This document shows positions 23,931 through 37,627 of a DNA stretch of 47,439 bases, one piece after another (position 1 is the first letter of the stretch; every line of letters begins with the position of its first letter). The DNA is from Octopus bimaculoides (taxonomy: Eukaryota), in NCBI RefSeq assembly GCF_001194135.2, contig NC_068987.1, forward strand, positions 91,627,975 to 91,675,413. The letters are read 5' to 3'. The notes below the pieces were generated by a model that searched no databases, was not told the origin of the DNA, and was given only the letters and a program-made list of their open reading frames with translations. A program made the translations under genes and the position numbers.

Positions 23931-24970
23931 ACGTTCCTGTCTACTGCGATACAAATGTGACCTCTAACCACTGATCAATATACATTCCACCAGATTTGTT
24001 ATTATTTTTGTATTTTTCTGTCCCGTATACTGGAATACTGTTTTATAGTCGGAACTATATGTAACTAGAGGTATAATTCTAAAATATGTACCTTGTGAAT
24101 AATGAAAAATTATTCCAACAAATACATAAAGTAATTGCAGGTCTAAATATATACACAGCATATAAATACATCGCAGGAATGACATATTTAGACAAAATAC
24201 AGAAAATAGAGCTAAAAATACTAGGGACTCTACAGATTTTCTCTACTGTACTTTGCATTCCATGAAAAATACAAACATTTGATAGTAAATAAGGTATCCA
24301 GAGCTTTTCTTGATTGTAGAAGGGCTGTAGACACAAAGCAGATATACTTTAGTTTTAATTAACTAACTAGTGTTTGATGTATTTATTATTATGCATACTA
24401 TAGTATTTTATGTTTTCAAAGCTATAAATACTGAGTACATCCGGTTTAATACTAATTGCCAAAGTCGTATCATGGTGAGAAAGTAAATAATTGAAATAAC
24501 CAACGTTTATCGGTAAATCGTTACTTTCAACAATACGCGAAAAAGGTAAAGTTAAAAATATGAAAGTCAGGTGAAAGTAATGCAAAAAATATGAAGTAGC
24601 AGAACAGTAAAATTTGAAGAACATTACGTAATTGTAATTTATACAATCATCGATTGGAAATGAATACAAAAGTATGACAATGCAAATAGACAAAAGAACA
24701 AGAACGTGAACAATCGTCAAAACAGCAAAATCGTTAAAAGTAGGCGGGAAAGAATGCAATAATAACTAGGATGTAATGATCAACAAGAAGGATAGCGGAA
24801 GCAGAAATATGAAGGACATCATGAATAAAATATGGAGGACAACATTGGAAGATTGTTGGAAATAAATTGCTAAAAGAAGGAATTTGAAAAGGTGAAGAAT
24901 AAGATGAGCGACAAGAAATAGAGGGAGGTAAAGAAGGAGGAGAAAGAGAGGGAAAATGAAAATGAAAAGA

Positions 24971-25036
<66 letters not shown>
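24971..25036 (+). repeat. (TAG)n microsatellite
   Basis: Directly visible. Confidence 0.97.
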
Positions 25037-25809
25037 GAAATGGATGGATATAACAAGAATTGGTGTGAGTAAGGGAAGTGTTTCATTTAGGACTGGGCAG
25101 AACATTTAAAAAATAATTCCATCGTTCTCATTAATATTATGTAATGTGGTCACAGTTTCTTAAACATTTGTATTTGATAAGTAACTTTCGACAAACCTGT
25201 CCTGAATTTTAACTCTACCAAAATTCAATAAGAATATTCGGGAAAAGAAAAAAAATCAGAAATTTAGACCAGGAAGCAATATTATCTGTAGCTACCAATA
25301 AGCTGTTGGATTTAAAAGAGTAAAATTCTTGAAATGAGATTGAAAAGATGACAAAGCCATCTCTGAAATGAATTTCAAAATGGCCGACGATTAAATATTT
25401 TCTCTGTCATTCCTTCTCATTTTTCATTTATATCAACATTTTGCCGTTGTCTACTTTTAAAACACGAGATCAAAAGACAGGCATATACTTATTTATGTTT
25501 ATGTATCTACATACTAATATTTACATAAACGAATACATGCATACGTACATGCACACACACGCAAGCACACACACACACACACAACACACGCACACACACA
25601 AACACACACACACACACACAATACACACACGCACGCGCACACACACGCACACGCACACGCATAATCGTATATAATTATGTACGTATACAAATTTTCTCAA
25701 ACTCAAGTTTGTGGGTTGAAAGCAACCAGTTTTGAGTGGAGGGGGTAAGTCGATTACAATGACTATAATAGGTCTTTTAAGTCCGCAACTTTTCATGAAC
25801 CGCTAAGTC

Positions 25810-26050
25810 ACATCAGATGTAAGCAAACCAATAAAGGCTGTCAAGCGGTGGTGAGGAAGAAACACCACGAACACAGACGCACATATAAATAAATACACAC
25901 GTATATGTGCCACGAGCTCCTTTTTGTTTCGTCCACAAAAGCCCCTCACAACATATTTGTCGGCACGGAGCTGTACTAGAAAATACTTACTCAAGATACC
26001 ACAGAGTGTGATCGAACCCAAGACGACATGGTTGGTAAGCAAGCATCTCA
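25810..26050 (-). mobile_element. Decayed family A SINE
   Basis: Reverse complement of the head (GCTTGCTTACCAACCATGTCGTCTTGGGTTCGATCAC) and part of the body (CCTCACCACCGCTTGACA). Confidence 0.7.
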
Positions 26051-26081
26051 AACACAGACATGCCGGCGTCTATAAAATTGT

Positions 26082-26154
26082 TTCCCAGGCGGGGAATCGA
26101 ACACCTGACGCCTGCCGTAAGAATGCAGAATCCTAACCAAAAGACCCTCTTGAC
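26082..26154 (-). pseudogene. Decayed tRNA-Glu-like sequence
   Basis: GGTCTTTTGGTTAGGATTCTGCA-TTCTTAC-GGCAGGCGTCAGGTGTTCGATTCCCCGCCTGGGAA aligns with the canonical eukaryotic tRNA-Glu pattern (GGTCTAGTGGTTAGGATTC...CTCTCAC...GGTTCGATTCCC...GGGAA). The 5' acceptor stem is broken, the loop reads CTT, and a TTTT run follows shortly after. Confidence 0.6.
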
Positions 26155-27086
26155 AATGACTCTGTATATCTGTATGCGTGTTAGACACACAAACACACGT
26201 ATGTATATGTGTATCTAAATACGCATGCATGTATGTTGGTAGATAGATAGGTAGGTAGGTGTATATGTAGGTATGTATATAGGCGTGCATGCGTAGATAT
26301 GTCTCTGTGCTTGTATGTGCATCTGTTCACTGGTGTTTCTAGTATGCGATGTTATTGTTATCCCATTCTTGCTCTCAATGTCGACTCTAATTTGATTTTT
26401 CATTTGATACCTCTATTAGACTTGAGACTTACTATTCTCCCATCTTTTTTACTGTATCTTTCTACTTTCTGTTTTATTTTCTCTCCTCTTATAGAGTTTT
26501 AAATATATATTAGTTTATTCTTTTCGTTCGTTGATGCTAACTATTGAAAGACTGGCACAGCTATTTATTCTGTGAGATAGGAAATTGCTGATTGGCAGAA
26601 AATCTTTCGTTATTTGACGGAAAGTGAAACCTATCTTGAGAATCATGCATCTACTTATATTATTTTATAGATTTTATTTTACTTGTTTCACTTTCGTTTC
26701 TTTTATTTTGCTGCTTGCTTCGCGATATTCATGTTTTTGTTGTTACAATGTGTTTGTTCGTTTTTCTTCAAATATTTCTGTATATATTTATCATAGCAAT
26801 GGCATGCATTAATAATCACAGGGTTAATATAAACGTACGCAAGTGTTTCCATGTATGCATGTGTGTATGTGTGTGTATATGTGTGTATTTATATGTGCGT
26901 TGGTTTGTGTGAGTATGTCTTTGTAGTCGACCTCGTTTTGAACCTATTCACGCTATTTAACTATCTATCATCATCTGTATTTCAGTTTTGTTTTTACATC
27001 GTTTAACGTCTATGTGTATCTTATACATTATTTTAACCGCACAAATGCAGCCAACCTCACGCAGAGATACACACAGGACAAAAATA

Positions 27087-27627
27087 CAAAACAAATAACA
27101 CGCACTACAACCATTTGTATATCAGTATATGCATATGTATATACACATAGTGATTACCGCATGGAAGGCACATATGAGCCAAATAAAAACACACGNNNNN
27201 NNNNNNNNNNNNNNNNNNNNNNNNNNNNNNNNNNNNNNNNNNNNNNNNNNNNNNNNNNNNNNNNNNNNNNNNNNNNNNNNNNNNNNNNNNNNNNNNNNNN
27301 NNNNNNNNNNNNNNNNNNNNNNNNNNNNNNNNNNNNNNNNNNNNNNNNNNNNNNNNNNNNNNNNNNNNNNNNNNNNNNNNNNNNNNNNNNNNNNNNNNNN
27401 NNNNNNNNNNNNNNNNNNNNNNNNNNNNNNNNNNNNNNNNNNNNNNNNNNNNNNNNNNNNNNNNNNNNNNNNNNNNNNNNNNNNNNNNNNNNNNNNNNNN
27501 NNNNNNNNNNNNNNNNNNCAAAACAAATAACACGCACTACAACCATTTGTATATCAGTATATGCATATGTATATACACATAGTGATTACCGCATGGAAGG
27601 CACATATGAGCCAAATAAAAACACACG
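27087..27627 (+). repeat. Identical 109-bp direct repeat on both sides of a gap (27087-27195 and 27519-27627)
   Basis: Exact match of the two contig ends; most likely an unmerged overlap. Confidence 0.9.
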
Positions 27628-28059
27628 AAGACTGCTAACTTCACTTTAACATATATATGATCTGGTGTTAAAAGTTTCGCCTCGCTAACAGTGACCTGGA
27701 AACTGTTAAAAGAAAGATAGTCGGTGGTGTCAATGACCCGGTTGCAATTTAGTGTGCCGAGAATGTAGATGACAAATAGTAAATGCTGCTGTGATGCTAT
27801 CAGTGATCGTATGCTTTGGAATGGTTTATTAGGCTCTTCAACACTGTATGTGTGTTTTTGTATAAAGCGGGAAACTCTAAAGTGCGAAAAGCAAGCAATT
27901 TCGGGCTTAGCAGTGCATTCCAAAGTGCACCCTAGTCAGAGTGACCTGCAGTAAGACACAGGGCACTAAACTCAGGATAGCCTAGAGTGCAAGGAACCAC
28001 ATAATAGGAAATATAATAAGTAGACAAATGGTGTGGTATTTGTTGCGCCTACACTGCTG

Positions 28060-28160
28060 GCCAGTGTTTTCTCCAAGAACACAACGCACCACCCGTTCTA
28101 GGAATTGAAACCACAATCTCGCGATCGTAAGTTCAACACTCTAACCATTAGGCCATGCGT
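28060..28160 (-). mobile_element. Family C-like SINE head
   Basis: Reverse complement reads GCATGGCCTAATGGTTAGAGTGTTGAACTTACGATCGCGAGATTGTGGTTTCAATTCC...GTGTTCTTGGAGAAAACAC (A box, B box and a conserved downstream block). Confidence 0.65.
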
Positions 28161-28270
28161 TGCCATTCGTTCTCAGTGTATATGTATAAGCACACACATA
28201 CGCACACGCACGCGCACGCACACACACACATACAGACACAAACACAGACACAGACACAGACACAGACACA

Positions 28271-28330
<60 letters not shown>

Positions 28331-29658
28331 NNNNNNNNNNNNNNNNNNNNNNNNNNNNNNNNNNNNNNNNNNNNNNNNNNNNNNNNNNNNNNNNNNNNNN
28401 NNNNNNNNNNNNNNNNNNNNNNNNNNNNNNNNNNNNNNNNNNNNNNNNNNNNNNNNNNNNNNNNNNNNNNNNNNNNNNNNNNNNNNNNNNNNNNNNNNNN
28501 NNNNNNNNNNNNNNNNNNNNNNNNNNNNNNNNNNNNNNNNNNNNNNNNNNNNNNNNNNNNNNNNNNNNNNNNNNNNNNNNNNNNNNNNNNNNNNNNNNNN
28601 NNNNNNNNNNNNNNNNNNNNNNNNNNNNNNNNNNNNNNNNNNNNNNNNNNNNNNNNNNNNNNNNNNNNNNNNNNNNNNNNNNNNNNNNNNNNNNNNNNNN
28701 NNNNNNNNNNNNNNNNNNNNNNNNNNNNNNNNNNNNNNNNNNNNNNNNNNNNNNNNNNNNNNNNNNNNNNNNNNNNNNNNNNNNNNNNNNNNNNNNNNNN
28801 NNNNNNNNNNNNNNNNNNNNNNNNNNNNNNNNNNNNNNNNNNNNNNNNNNNNNNNNNNNNNNNNNNNNNNNNNNNNNNNNNNNNNNNNNNNNNNNNNNNN
28901 NNNNNNNNNNNNNNNNNNNNNNNNNNNNNNNNNNNNNNNNNNNNNNNNNNNNNNNNNNNNNNNNNNNNNNNNNNNNNNNNNNNNNNNNNNNNNNNNNNNN
29001 NNNNNNNNNNNNNNNNNNNNNNNNNNNNNNNNNNNNNNNNNNNNNNNNNNNNNNNNNNNNNNNNNNNNNNNNNNNNNNNNNNNNNNNNNNNNNNNNNNNN
29101 NNNNNNNNNNNNNNNNNNNNNTATATATACATATGTTCAAGAATGAATTAAAAGCAGTGATAGTGTTCTAAGAATTATGGAGCGTGTGTATGTGTGTTTT
29201 TTGGGTTGCCACTTCCCTGCACATAGCACCTGGGGCGGGGGATGATCCCATCATCATGCTGGGTGTTAAAACACCAAAAAGCCATAGGCAGATGATACAG
29301 CTCACATCCGATCCCATTCAGAAGCGACAAATACTGATATTTCGCTATTTTTGTACCAGAATCGAACCGGGGACGAACGGAATTGTCAGTCTCTGGCTAT
29401 TTATATATAATGAAAGACTATTTGTTGGTATGGCACGACGATTTAAAAGCAGCGTTAGTGTTGCTAACATTACCAATCATAGATATTTAGGCAGAATGGT
29501 ATACATATAATAAGATTCCAATACCTTGTGAGTAAAATCCAATGTTATATGTATACTAATCTGCCTAAACAATGGTTCTACAAATACAATATCCCTGCAT
29601 TCACTCTCTATTTCCTATCTTATTTAAATTAACTATTGCTTAACCATCCTCTCACACC

Positions 29659-29706
29659 GTCTCCGATGAAGGGATATAATAAATATCCTTGAAACAGCTG
29701 TAAGAC
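29659..29706 (+). ncRNA. Near-intact minimal type-I hammerhead ribozyme (Penelope pLTR type)
   Basis: Stem I GTCT/AGAC; core CCGATGA (U4C); stem II AGGGATAT/ATATCCTT with loop AATAA; GAAA; palindromic stem III ACAGCTGT; GUA triplet with predicted cleavage after 29702. Confidence 0.8.
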
Positions 29707-29770
29707 CTACTTATAAATGTTCTATATTATACACAGCCTTGGTTTTTTCACCTCATTAAGAAACGTAAAT

Positions 29771-29811
<41 letters not shown>

Positions 29812-29856
29812 CATATATGTGTGTGTGTATATATGTATATGCATATAGATACATAC

Positions 29857-29896
<40 letters not shown>

Positions 29897-31506
29897 ACAC
29901 ACACACACATATATATATATATTTATGCATGTATGTATACATACATAGTTATACACACAATTACATACACATACATATGTATATGCATAGGGATGGAGGT
30001 GGATAGAGAGAAGTGATAAAAATTACTAGATGGTTGAAAATAAAATTATTTTTGCTTATAGATTTTCCATGTAATAGTGAACTTTAAAACAATGTTTGAA
30101 GTCGAATATGTATGAATGCCATCATATGGTTAATTGCACGTATAACAAGAAACATATTGGAGATAAATTCTTTCTTTGTTTATCATAGCAATTAAACTCT
30201 GTAAGTTGAGGTGAGTACAAGCATGTATTTAATATTATTCCTTGTATATTTGTTCTTGTGTGAATAAATCAGTTTTCGAAGGAAATTCACACCGCACAAA
30301 AACAATTTAGCACGGAAATTAGAAACGACTGGAAGCCTAATATATGTCAGTACAAACGATTCTTTATTCTCAATGAATAAGAATATGAAAATAAAACCTT
30401 TAATATATGCATGTATATGTATACATATGNNNNNNNNNNNNNNNNNNNNNNNNNNNNNNNNNNNNNNNNNNNNNNNNNNNNNNNNNNNNNNNNNNNNNNN
30501 NNNNNNNNNNNNNNNNNNNNNNNNNNNNNNNNNNNNNNNNNNNNNNNNNNNNNNNNNNNNNNNNNNNNNNNNNNNNNNNNNNNNNNNNNNNNNNNNNNNN
30601 NNNNNNNNNNNNNNNNNNNNNNNNNNNNNNNNNNNNNNNNNNNNNNNNNNNNNNNNNNNNNNNNNNNNNNNNNNNNNNNNNNNNNNNNNNNNNNNNNNNN
30701 NNNNNNNNNNNNNNNNNNNNNNNNNNNNNNNNNNNNNNNNNNNNNNNNNNNNNNNNNNNNNNNNNNNNNNNNNNNNNNNNNNNNNNNNNNNNNNNNNNNN
30801 NNNNNNNNNNNNNNNNNNNNNNNNNNNNNNNNNNNNNNNNNNNNNNNNNNNNNNNNNNNNNNNNNNNNNNNNNNNNNNNNNNNNNNNNNNNNNNNNNNNN
30901 NNNNNNNNNNNNNNNNNNNNNNNNNNNNNNNNNNNNNNNNNNNNNNNNNNNNNNNNNNNNNNNNNNNNNNNNNNNNNNNNNNNNNNNNNNNNNNNNNNNN
31001 NNNNNNNNNNNNNNNNNNNNNNNNNNNNNNNNNNNNNNNNNNNNNNNNNNNNNNNNNNNNNNNNNNNNNNNNNNNNNNNNNNNNNNNNNNNNNNNNNNNN
31101 NNNNNNNNNNNNNNNNNNNNNNNNNNNNNNNNNNNNNNNNNNNNNNNNNNNNNNNNNNNNNNNNNNNNNNNNNNNNNNTATATATGAAATTATGACTATT
31201 CATAATGAGATATGAGGATAGAAGGAGAGAAGTAGCTATGTAGAAGGTATGTGAATAAATTTAATTTACAACACTTAATTCACAGATAATGGAATGGAAT
31301 ATGGTTTAGACAAACCGAATGCAATGTCTGCCTTTATATTGCACTGTTTATGTTTTTGGACACGTGAATATCTGTATATTAACATATTAACATCATAAAG
31401 GGTGGAGAGCAATAATCATTTGAGAAAAGTGTAAGCTGTATATATTTGAAACTAATTATATATACATACATACACGCACACACACACATACAAACACACA
31501 TACACA

Positions 31507-31569
<63 letters not shown>

Positions 31570-32714
31570 TTATATATATATATATATATATACATGTATA
31601 AATATAAACACACACACATTTGTGTATATATATGTATACATTTGTGTCTGTGTGTACATGTATATAGAATTCATTGGTAGTGACATTAAATGGATATAAT
31701 TCAGTACAAATAAACGATATACGTTGACCAGAAATGTGCATAATGGAATTGTTTGGGATTGTACAGTGAAAACTGTTTCGTGTTAAATATCTAATGATTA
31801 ACGTGATTAACTATGAAAATTATGAAATAGCATTACAAAAAATGTGACGATTGATAGTTCAATCAAAAGCTTCCGATGAAATCGATCATAGGGCGGTTGT
31901 CTCGAAAAGCGCTTGTTTTCGACCCATTTGGATCAATGCATTGTGTAATGATATATGCCCCAGTGGCCAGAATAATCGCCTCTTCTCCATCACAGCCATT
32001 CAGTGCCATGGGTTCTGTCCAGCTCACATTAAAGAACTACACGCGCGTAAACACATATTAACTATTATTTATGAAAATTTAAACTAAACGCATGACGTAT
32101 GTACACATAATCAACCTAAAATGCTAACACACAGCCCGAAATCTAACGAAACAAACATTTAAAAAATAGATGCGCGTGCGCACACACACACGCACGCACA
32201 TATTACGTCCATATTATCACCATTCTCCAGTTCTTTATTTGGAAGCTTTTTCGTTTCTTTTTACATTGCAATATATTGTAAGTTTTAGTGCCATACTTCG
32301 ACTATTTTGGTCTTCCTCACAATTTTCTCACAATTCTCCTCTATTCTATTTCTATTGCGGATTTATATACGAATCATTAAGTCATTAGTTTGTCAATTTT
32401 CTGGATAGAAACTGACAAAAAAAAAATTATAAAAATTTGTCTTACCTTTATTATGATTTGCATTATTTTACCTGCGTGCAAAAAAGCAGTGTGCAGTGAC
32501 TTTAAAACAACCGGCTGCTTACCCCTCACAGTTCGATGCAGTTAGCACACCAAAACTTCGATGTCACTCGGTCCCATCTAGTATAAGTTCAATAAACACT
32601 CAAAGAAAAGTACCGACTGATTCTTCCAATTGATTTTAAATTGCTTCTATTATAAGTTTATCTAAAAGACAAGCATCAAAATATATTCCGCAAAATATCA
32701 GTGCACATATATAG

Positions 32715-32750
<36 letters not shown>

Positions 32751-32759
32751 GTATGTATA

Positions 32760-32767
32760 TGTATATG

Positions 32768-32804
<37 letters not shown>

Positions 32805-32830
32805 CTATATACTTTGGGTGAGTGAGTGAA

Positions 32831-32905
<75 letters not shown>

Positions 32906-32916
32906 GAGACAGAGAC

Positions 32917-32958
<42 letters not shown>

Positions 32959-32960
32959 GA
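32760..32960 (+). repeat. (TATC)n plus (GA)n/(GACA) compound microsatellite
   Basis: Directly visible. Confidence 0.95.
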
Positions 32961-34531
32961 AGCGAGAGAGAGTGAGTGAGTGAGTGAGAGATAGGGGTGA
33001 GAGAGAGAGAAGTGAGAAATTGAGCGTGAAATATGGATACAGATATTATAAATAAAGTCATATGCTTTTGTGTGTTCATAAATGTATTACGTAAATATTT
33101 AAATTGCTCTGATCGAGACAGTTAAAGAATGCATAGATCTTAATTTATACAGACACACATTCACTTACATAATTACACATATATTTTATATGTGTATATT
33201 GTTTGAAATTCAAATTAAACGGAAATCAGGTACAGCCACATCTAGATTTATACAAATACAACCATTTGTCTGGTCTAATCGTACTTATTTGTTTCAATAC
33301 GTCTCATAAAATATTTCACTATCCAATCAGTTAGCACGTAAATACACACATACATCTAAGTACTGACTAGCTTATACACAAACATAGATACATACATACA
33401 CACGTAAATTACATACATGCATAAATACATACATGTATGTGTGTGTTTATATACACCGACGGTCATATATGTATAATTGCATGCGTACCCACACAGACAT
33501 ACACACATCAAATATAACGCTTAGCTTAATGGCGTTGTATGGTTCTCCGTGATTTTGACGAACACTGATAAACTATCTAAAACTGAGTGCCGAAATCTTT
33601 AATATAATAAGATAGCTGAATTATAAGAAAATACACACACACACACACACACACATACACACACACACACACACANNNNNNNNNNNNNNNNNNNNNNNNN
33701 NNNNNNNNNNNNNNNNNNNNNNNNNNNNNNNNNNNNNNNNNNNNNNNNNNNNNNNNNNNNNNNNNNNNNNNNNNNNNNNNNNNNNNNNNNNNNNNNNNNN
33801 NNNNNNNNNNNNNNNNNNNNNNNNNNNNNNNNNNNNNNNNNNNNNNNNNNNNNNNNNNNNNNNNNNNNNNNNNNNNNNNNNNNNNNNNNNNNNNNNNNNN
33901 NNNNNNNNNNNNNNNNNNNNNNNNNNNNNNNNNNNNNNNNNNNNNNNNNNNNNNNNNNNNNNNNNNNNNNNNNNNNNNNNNNNNNNNNNNNNNNNNNNNN
34001 NNNNNNNNNNNNNNNNNNNNNNNNNNNNNNNNNNNNNNNNNNNNNNNNNNNNNNNNNNNNNNNNNNNNNNNNNNNNNNNNNNNNNNNNNNNNNNNNNNNN
34101 NNNNNNNNNNNNNNNNNNNNNNNNNNNNNNNNNNNNNNNNNNNNNNNNNNNNNNNNNNNNNNNNNNNNNNNNNNNNNNNNNNNNNNNNNNNNNNNNNNNN
34201 NNNNNNNNNNNNNNNNNNNNNNNNNNNNNNNNNNNNNNNNNNNNNNNNNNNNNNNNNNNNNNNNNNNNNNNNNNNNNNNNNNNNNNNNNNNNNNNNNNNN
34301 NNNNNNNNNNNNNNNNNNNNNNNNNNNNNNNNNNNNNNNNNNNNNNNNNNNNNNNNNNNNNNNNNNNNNNNNNNNNNNNNNNNNNNNNNNNNNNNNNNNN
34401 NNTGTATGTATATATACGTATTTGTCTATGTATCTATGTACGTGTGTATGTATATATATATATGTCTGTGTATGTACGTATATATATGTGTGTGTGTATA
34501 TATATGTATATACATATATATATATATACAC

Positions 34532-34568
<37 letters not shown>

Positions 34569-34848
34569 CATATATCTACACACATGTATATGTACATGTA
34601 GAGAGGGAGAGAGAGAGAGAGGAGGAAAGAGGACGAGAGTGAGAAAAGAGAGAGATAGCAAGTAAGAGATATCGTCAATTAGACAGGGGTATAAAATAAG
34701 AGAGCAACATATATGGTGATTTGTATTCATATCTGTATGTAGATGCTCAATACTCAGATACCTGGAATATAATATTACAAGAAAAAATTAAAATATACAC
34801 TTACAAATACATACATGAATATCTACATACACACACACACACACACAG

Positions 34849-34910
<62 letters not shown>

Positions 34911-34920
34911 NNNNNNNNNN

Positions 34921-34958
<38 letters not shown>

Positions 34959-36394
34959 CGAAAGAAAATGGGAGAGAGGAGAGGGACTGAGACGTAGAGA
35001 AAAAGAGGTAGAGTAAGGTTTTGGTAGATATATGGGTATAGATATTCATGTATCTTTCCTGAAATATATTCATCATCATTGAAAATAAAATTACTTCTAG
35101 TTTGGTTAAATTTTTTTGTATAGTTTTCAAGTTTTAAAATTTTCTAAAATATAATTTGATGTGATTACAGATGAGAAAAAAAATTGGGATGGAAAATGAT
35201 TTGAAAAATGCTGGAAAAAATATATGTGGTCTCCATAGCTAAGAAATTGTAAAGTCCTGGAATAATCTTTACATAGCAATTATTATTGTCTGGTATTGCA
35301 GTAGTGCTATATCTCTATTTGTATTGTTTCTCCTTTTTTTAATTCTCTATTAATGTATTTCGTATTTATTTTCTTGAATACTACGCCACAAGAATTGTCA
35401 TTTATTAGAAACTGCCAAGATGGTTCAGGTAATATTTCATACTTTCTTTTCCTCGGGATGTGTGTTTCAGATGGCTACAATCGATGGAACAAAAGCAGAA
35501 AAAGTAAAACGCAATTCTGTGAACGTTAGTTTAGGGTTTCCAGTTTTAAAATTGAATGTGTATCTTCATTATTTACTAGTGAAAGGTGACTGTGTTTTAG
35601 GGAGCTGGTTTGGTACCGAAAGAGGGAGTATTTGTATTCTGTTCTCACCTCTGCTATGGGATTATAGCCAAAGTTTTTAAAAAAGAATATTTCTGAACAC
35701 ATTGCTTGAAACGTGTCTCATAACGGAATGTTGAGAGTAATGATTTCGAAGGGACTTCACAGTTAACCTAATCCTGTATGTAGAGGTGGATTTTCCTTTT
35801 TGCTACACCTGAAATGGCTCATGATGTGCTTGTATCTTCCCTTAAATTCACCGTTTGTCATGCATGTGTAATATCTTGTGGTGCTATCTGATGGTATATG
35901 GATAGCTTTATAAAGCACATCCTTTGAAACGTAGGTTTCTTATAATGGACAGCTGGTAGGGATTTCACAGTCATATATTGTAGAGTAGAATGGAGAGCGC
36001 GTTTGGCTCTGCTGCAGTGTGCAACATTGGGATCGATATTAAGCACGAATAACTAGAGTTGTGAATTACAGCGTTTATATCTAATGCCTTTAGCGAAATG
36101 CATTTCACCTGAAGGCACGAAGTTTCTAGTTATATTAAAGGAAATATGGAGTGTATGGAGGATTAAACCAGAACAATTTGCCTTTATAACTCCCTTCACT
36201 TTCGGGGATGTAGCTAGGGATCCTCCCTATAGAAAAAACTGATCGAAAAAGCGACTCCTCACTCGTGCTTCGAGATTGTGGTGCAATGCCCTGTTGAGAG
36301 ATTTGAGATCATTGTACTGATGCTTGTGAATAGATTTCTAACTATAACTGGGCGGTGTATGAAGTTTTCATACAGTTAAATTGTTTAGAAAACC

Positions 36395-36492
36395 TATACC
36401 TGCCAGTGGTATCTCGACTATTTGCTCGACTAAACGCGGTGCTCCAGCATCGCCGCAGTCAAATGACTGATACAAACAAAAGAATAAAAGAA
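36395..36492 (+). mobile_element. Family A SINE 3' end
   Basis: TTTGCTCGACTAAACGCGGTGCTCCAGCATCGCCGCAGTCAAATGACTGA.AC followed by an AAAAGAAT tail. Confidence 0.75.
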
Positions 36493-36639
36493 TATAATTA
36501 AAGATCGAAGATAATTACACGGAAACCATTGAATTTGTGTAAGAGAAAAAATGTGAAGATATAGAAATATATAGAAATGTGTTAGAATCTGTTGAAAAGA
36601 TGACGATGAACTTTTGGTTTGACATTCTGGCAAAAGGCC

Positions 36640-36835
36640 AGCAATTTCGTGGGAATGGGGATTTGCCTCTTACCTCTCCCCACTGCATAACCGCTGCTTA
36701 TTTAATCGACTCCGAAAGGATGAAAGGCAAAGTCGACGTCGGTGGTAGAATTCGAGCTCAGAATTTAAAGACAGTCGAAATGTTGCTAAGTATTTTCCCC
36801 CCGGATTGCTAATGATTCTGCCAGCTCATCGCCTT
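36640..36835 (-). mobile_element. Family B SINE
   Basis: TTAATCGACTCCGAAAGGATGAAAGGCAAAGTCGAC...GAATTCGAGCTCAGAA...GATTCTGCCAGCTCATCGCC. Confidence 0.85.
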
Positions 36836-37510
36836 AGATGATGATGAGATATTGAGTAACCTTAGATGAGTTAGAAGCGTTTAGGTCCTGGGGTGGGGTA
36901 AATGGTTAGAAAGAAAATATGTTATGTGCTGCCTGCAACAACTTAAAAAGTTATATTTCATGATTATGAGTTTGTTTCATTTACCTTGCAAAGCAATCGG
37001 ACTTGTTTCTTTCGAAAACTAAATATATTTGGGCAAACTTGTCGAAAATATTTTCTCTGGATGCTTGAATGAATTAGCATGCCTATAAAGAGCGCATTGA
37101 ATTTATTTTCAGTTAATCTTTTGTAAGATTTATAAACAGTGTTATTGTCTACTGGCTTTTTAGTACAATATCATAAAGCTTTCGAAAGTTAATGCCAGGA
37201 GAACAGTTATTTGGAGCAATGAAATTACTGGAGAGAGAAAGGCAGGACTATTGATGTGGTACAACGTTTTTGAACTGAAATAGTTAAATTAGCAACAAAA
37301 TTTTTATAGCAAGAGAGCTAACTATAAAACAGTATCGATTTTTAAGCAATTCGATAACATTTTAAATAGTTCATTATTATTGATTTATATCTCTCCATAA
37401 GGAAAGCAATTCTGAAATCTTTAGCCTTCGATAATTCCATCGAGATTATGATAGAATACGATATGAAAATAACAATACATACTCTACCCTCTCTACCCCT
37501 GCCTGCCTGC

Positions 37511-37545
<35 letters not shown>

Positions 37546-37562
37546 CATGTCTGTCTGTCTGC

Positions 37563-37625
<63 letters not shown>

Positions 37626-37627
<2 letters not shown>

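Noticed and set aside
27690-27760. RKIVGG trypsin-like N-terminus
   Set aside because: A stop follows within 8 codons and no serine-protease motifs appear.
31860-31915. CCGATGA...GAAAAGCGCTTG hammerhead-like layout
   Set aside because: No stem I or stem II, and position 17 is G, which is not cleavable.
31851-32087. Cys-containing plus-strand ORF, and a minus-strand frame with NVSWTEP (FN3-like)
   Set aside because: The FN3 pattern does not continue and there are no convincing paired splice sites.
35420-35680. ORF MVQ...MATIDGTKAEK with an apparent donor and acceptor 42 nt apart
   Set aside because: The implied intron is implausibly short and the product is not recognisable.
35885-35936. 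CTGATGG...GGAT-GCTTTATAAAGC-ATCC...GAAACGTA
   Set aside because: Suggestive, but A9 is missing, stem II is offset from the core and there is no stem I. It cannot be distinguished from chance by eye.
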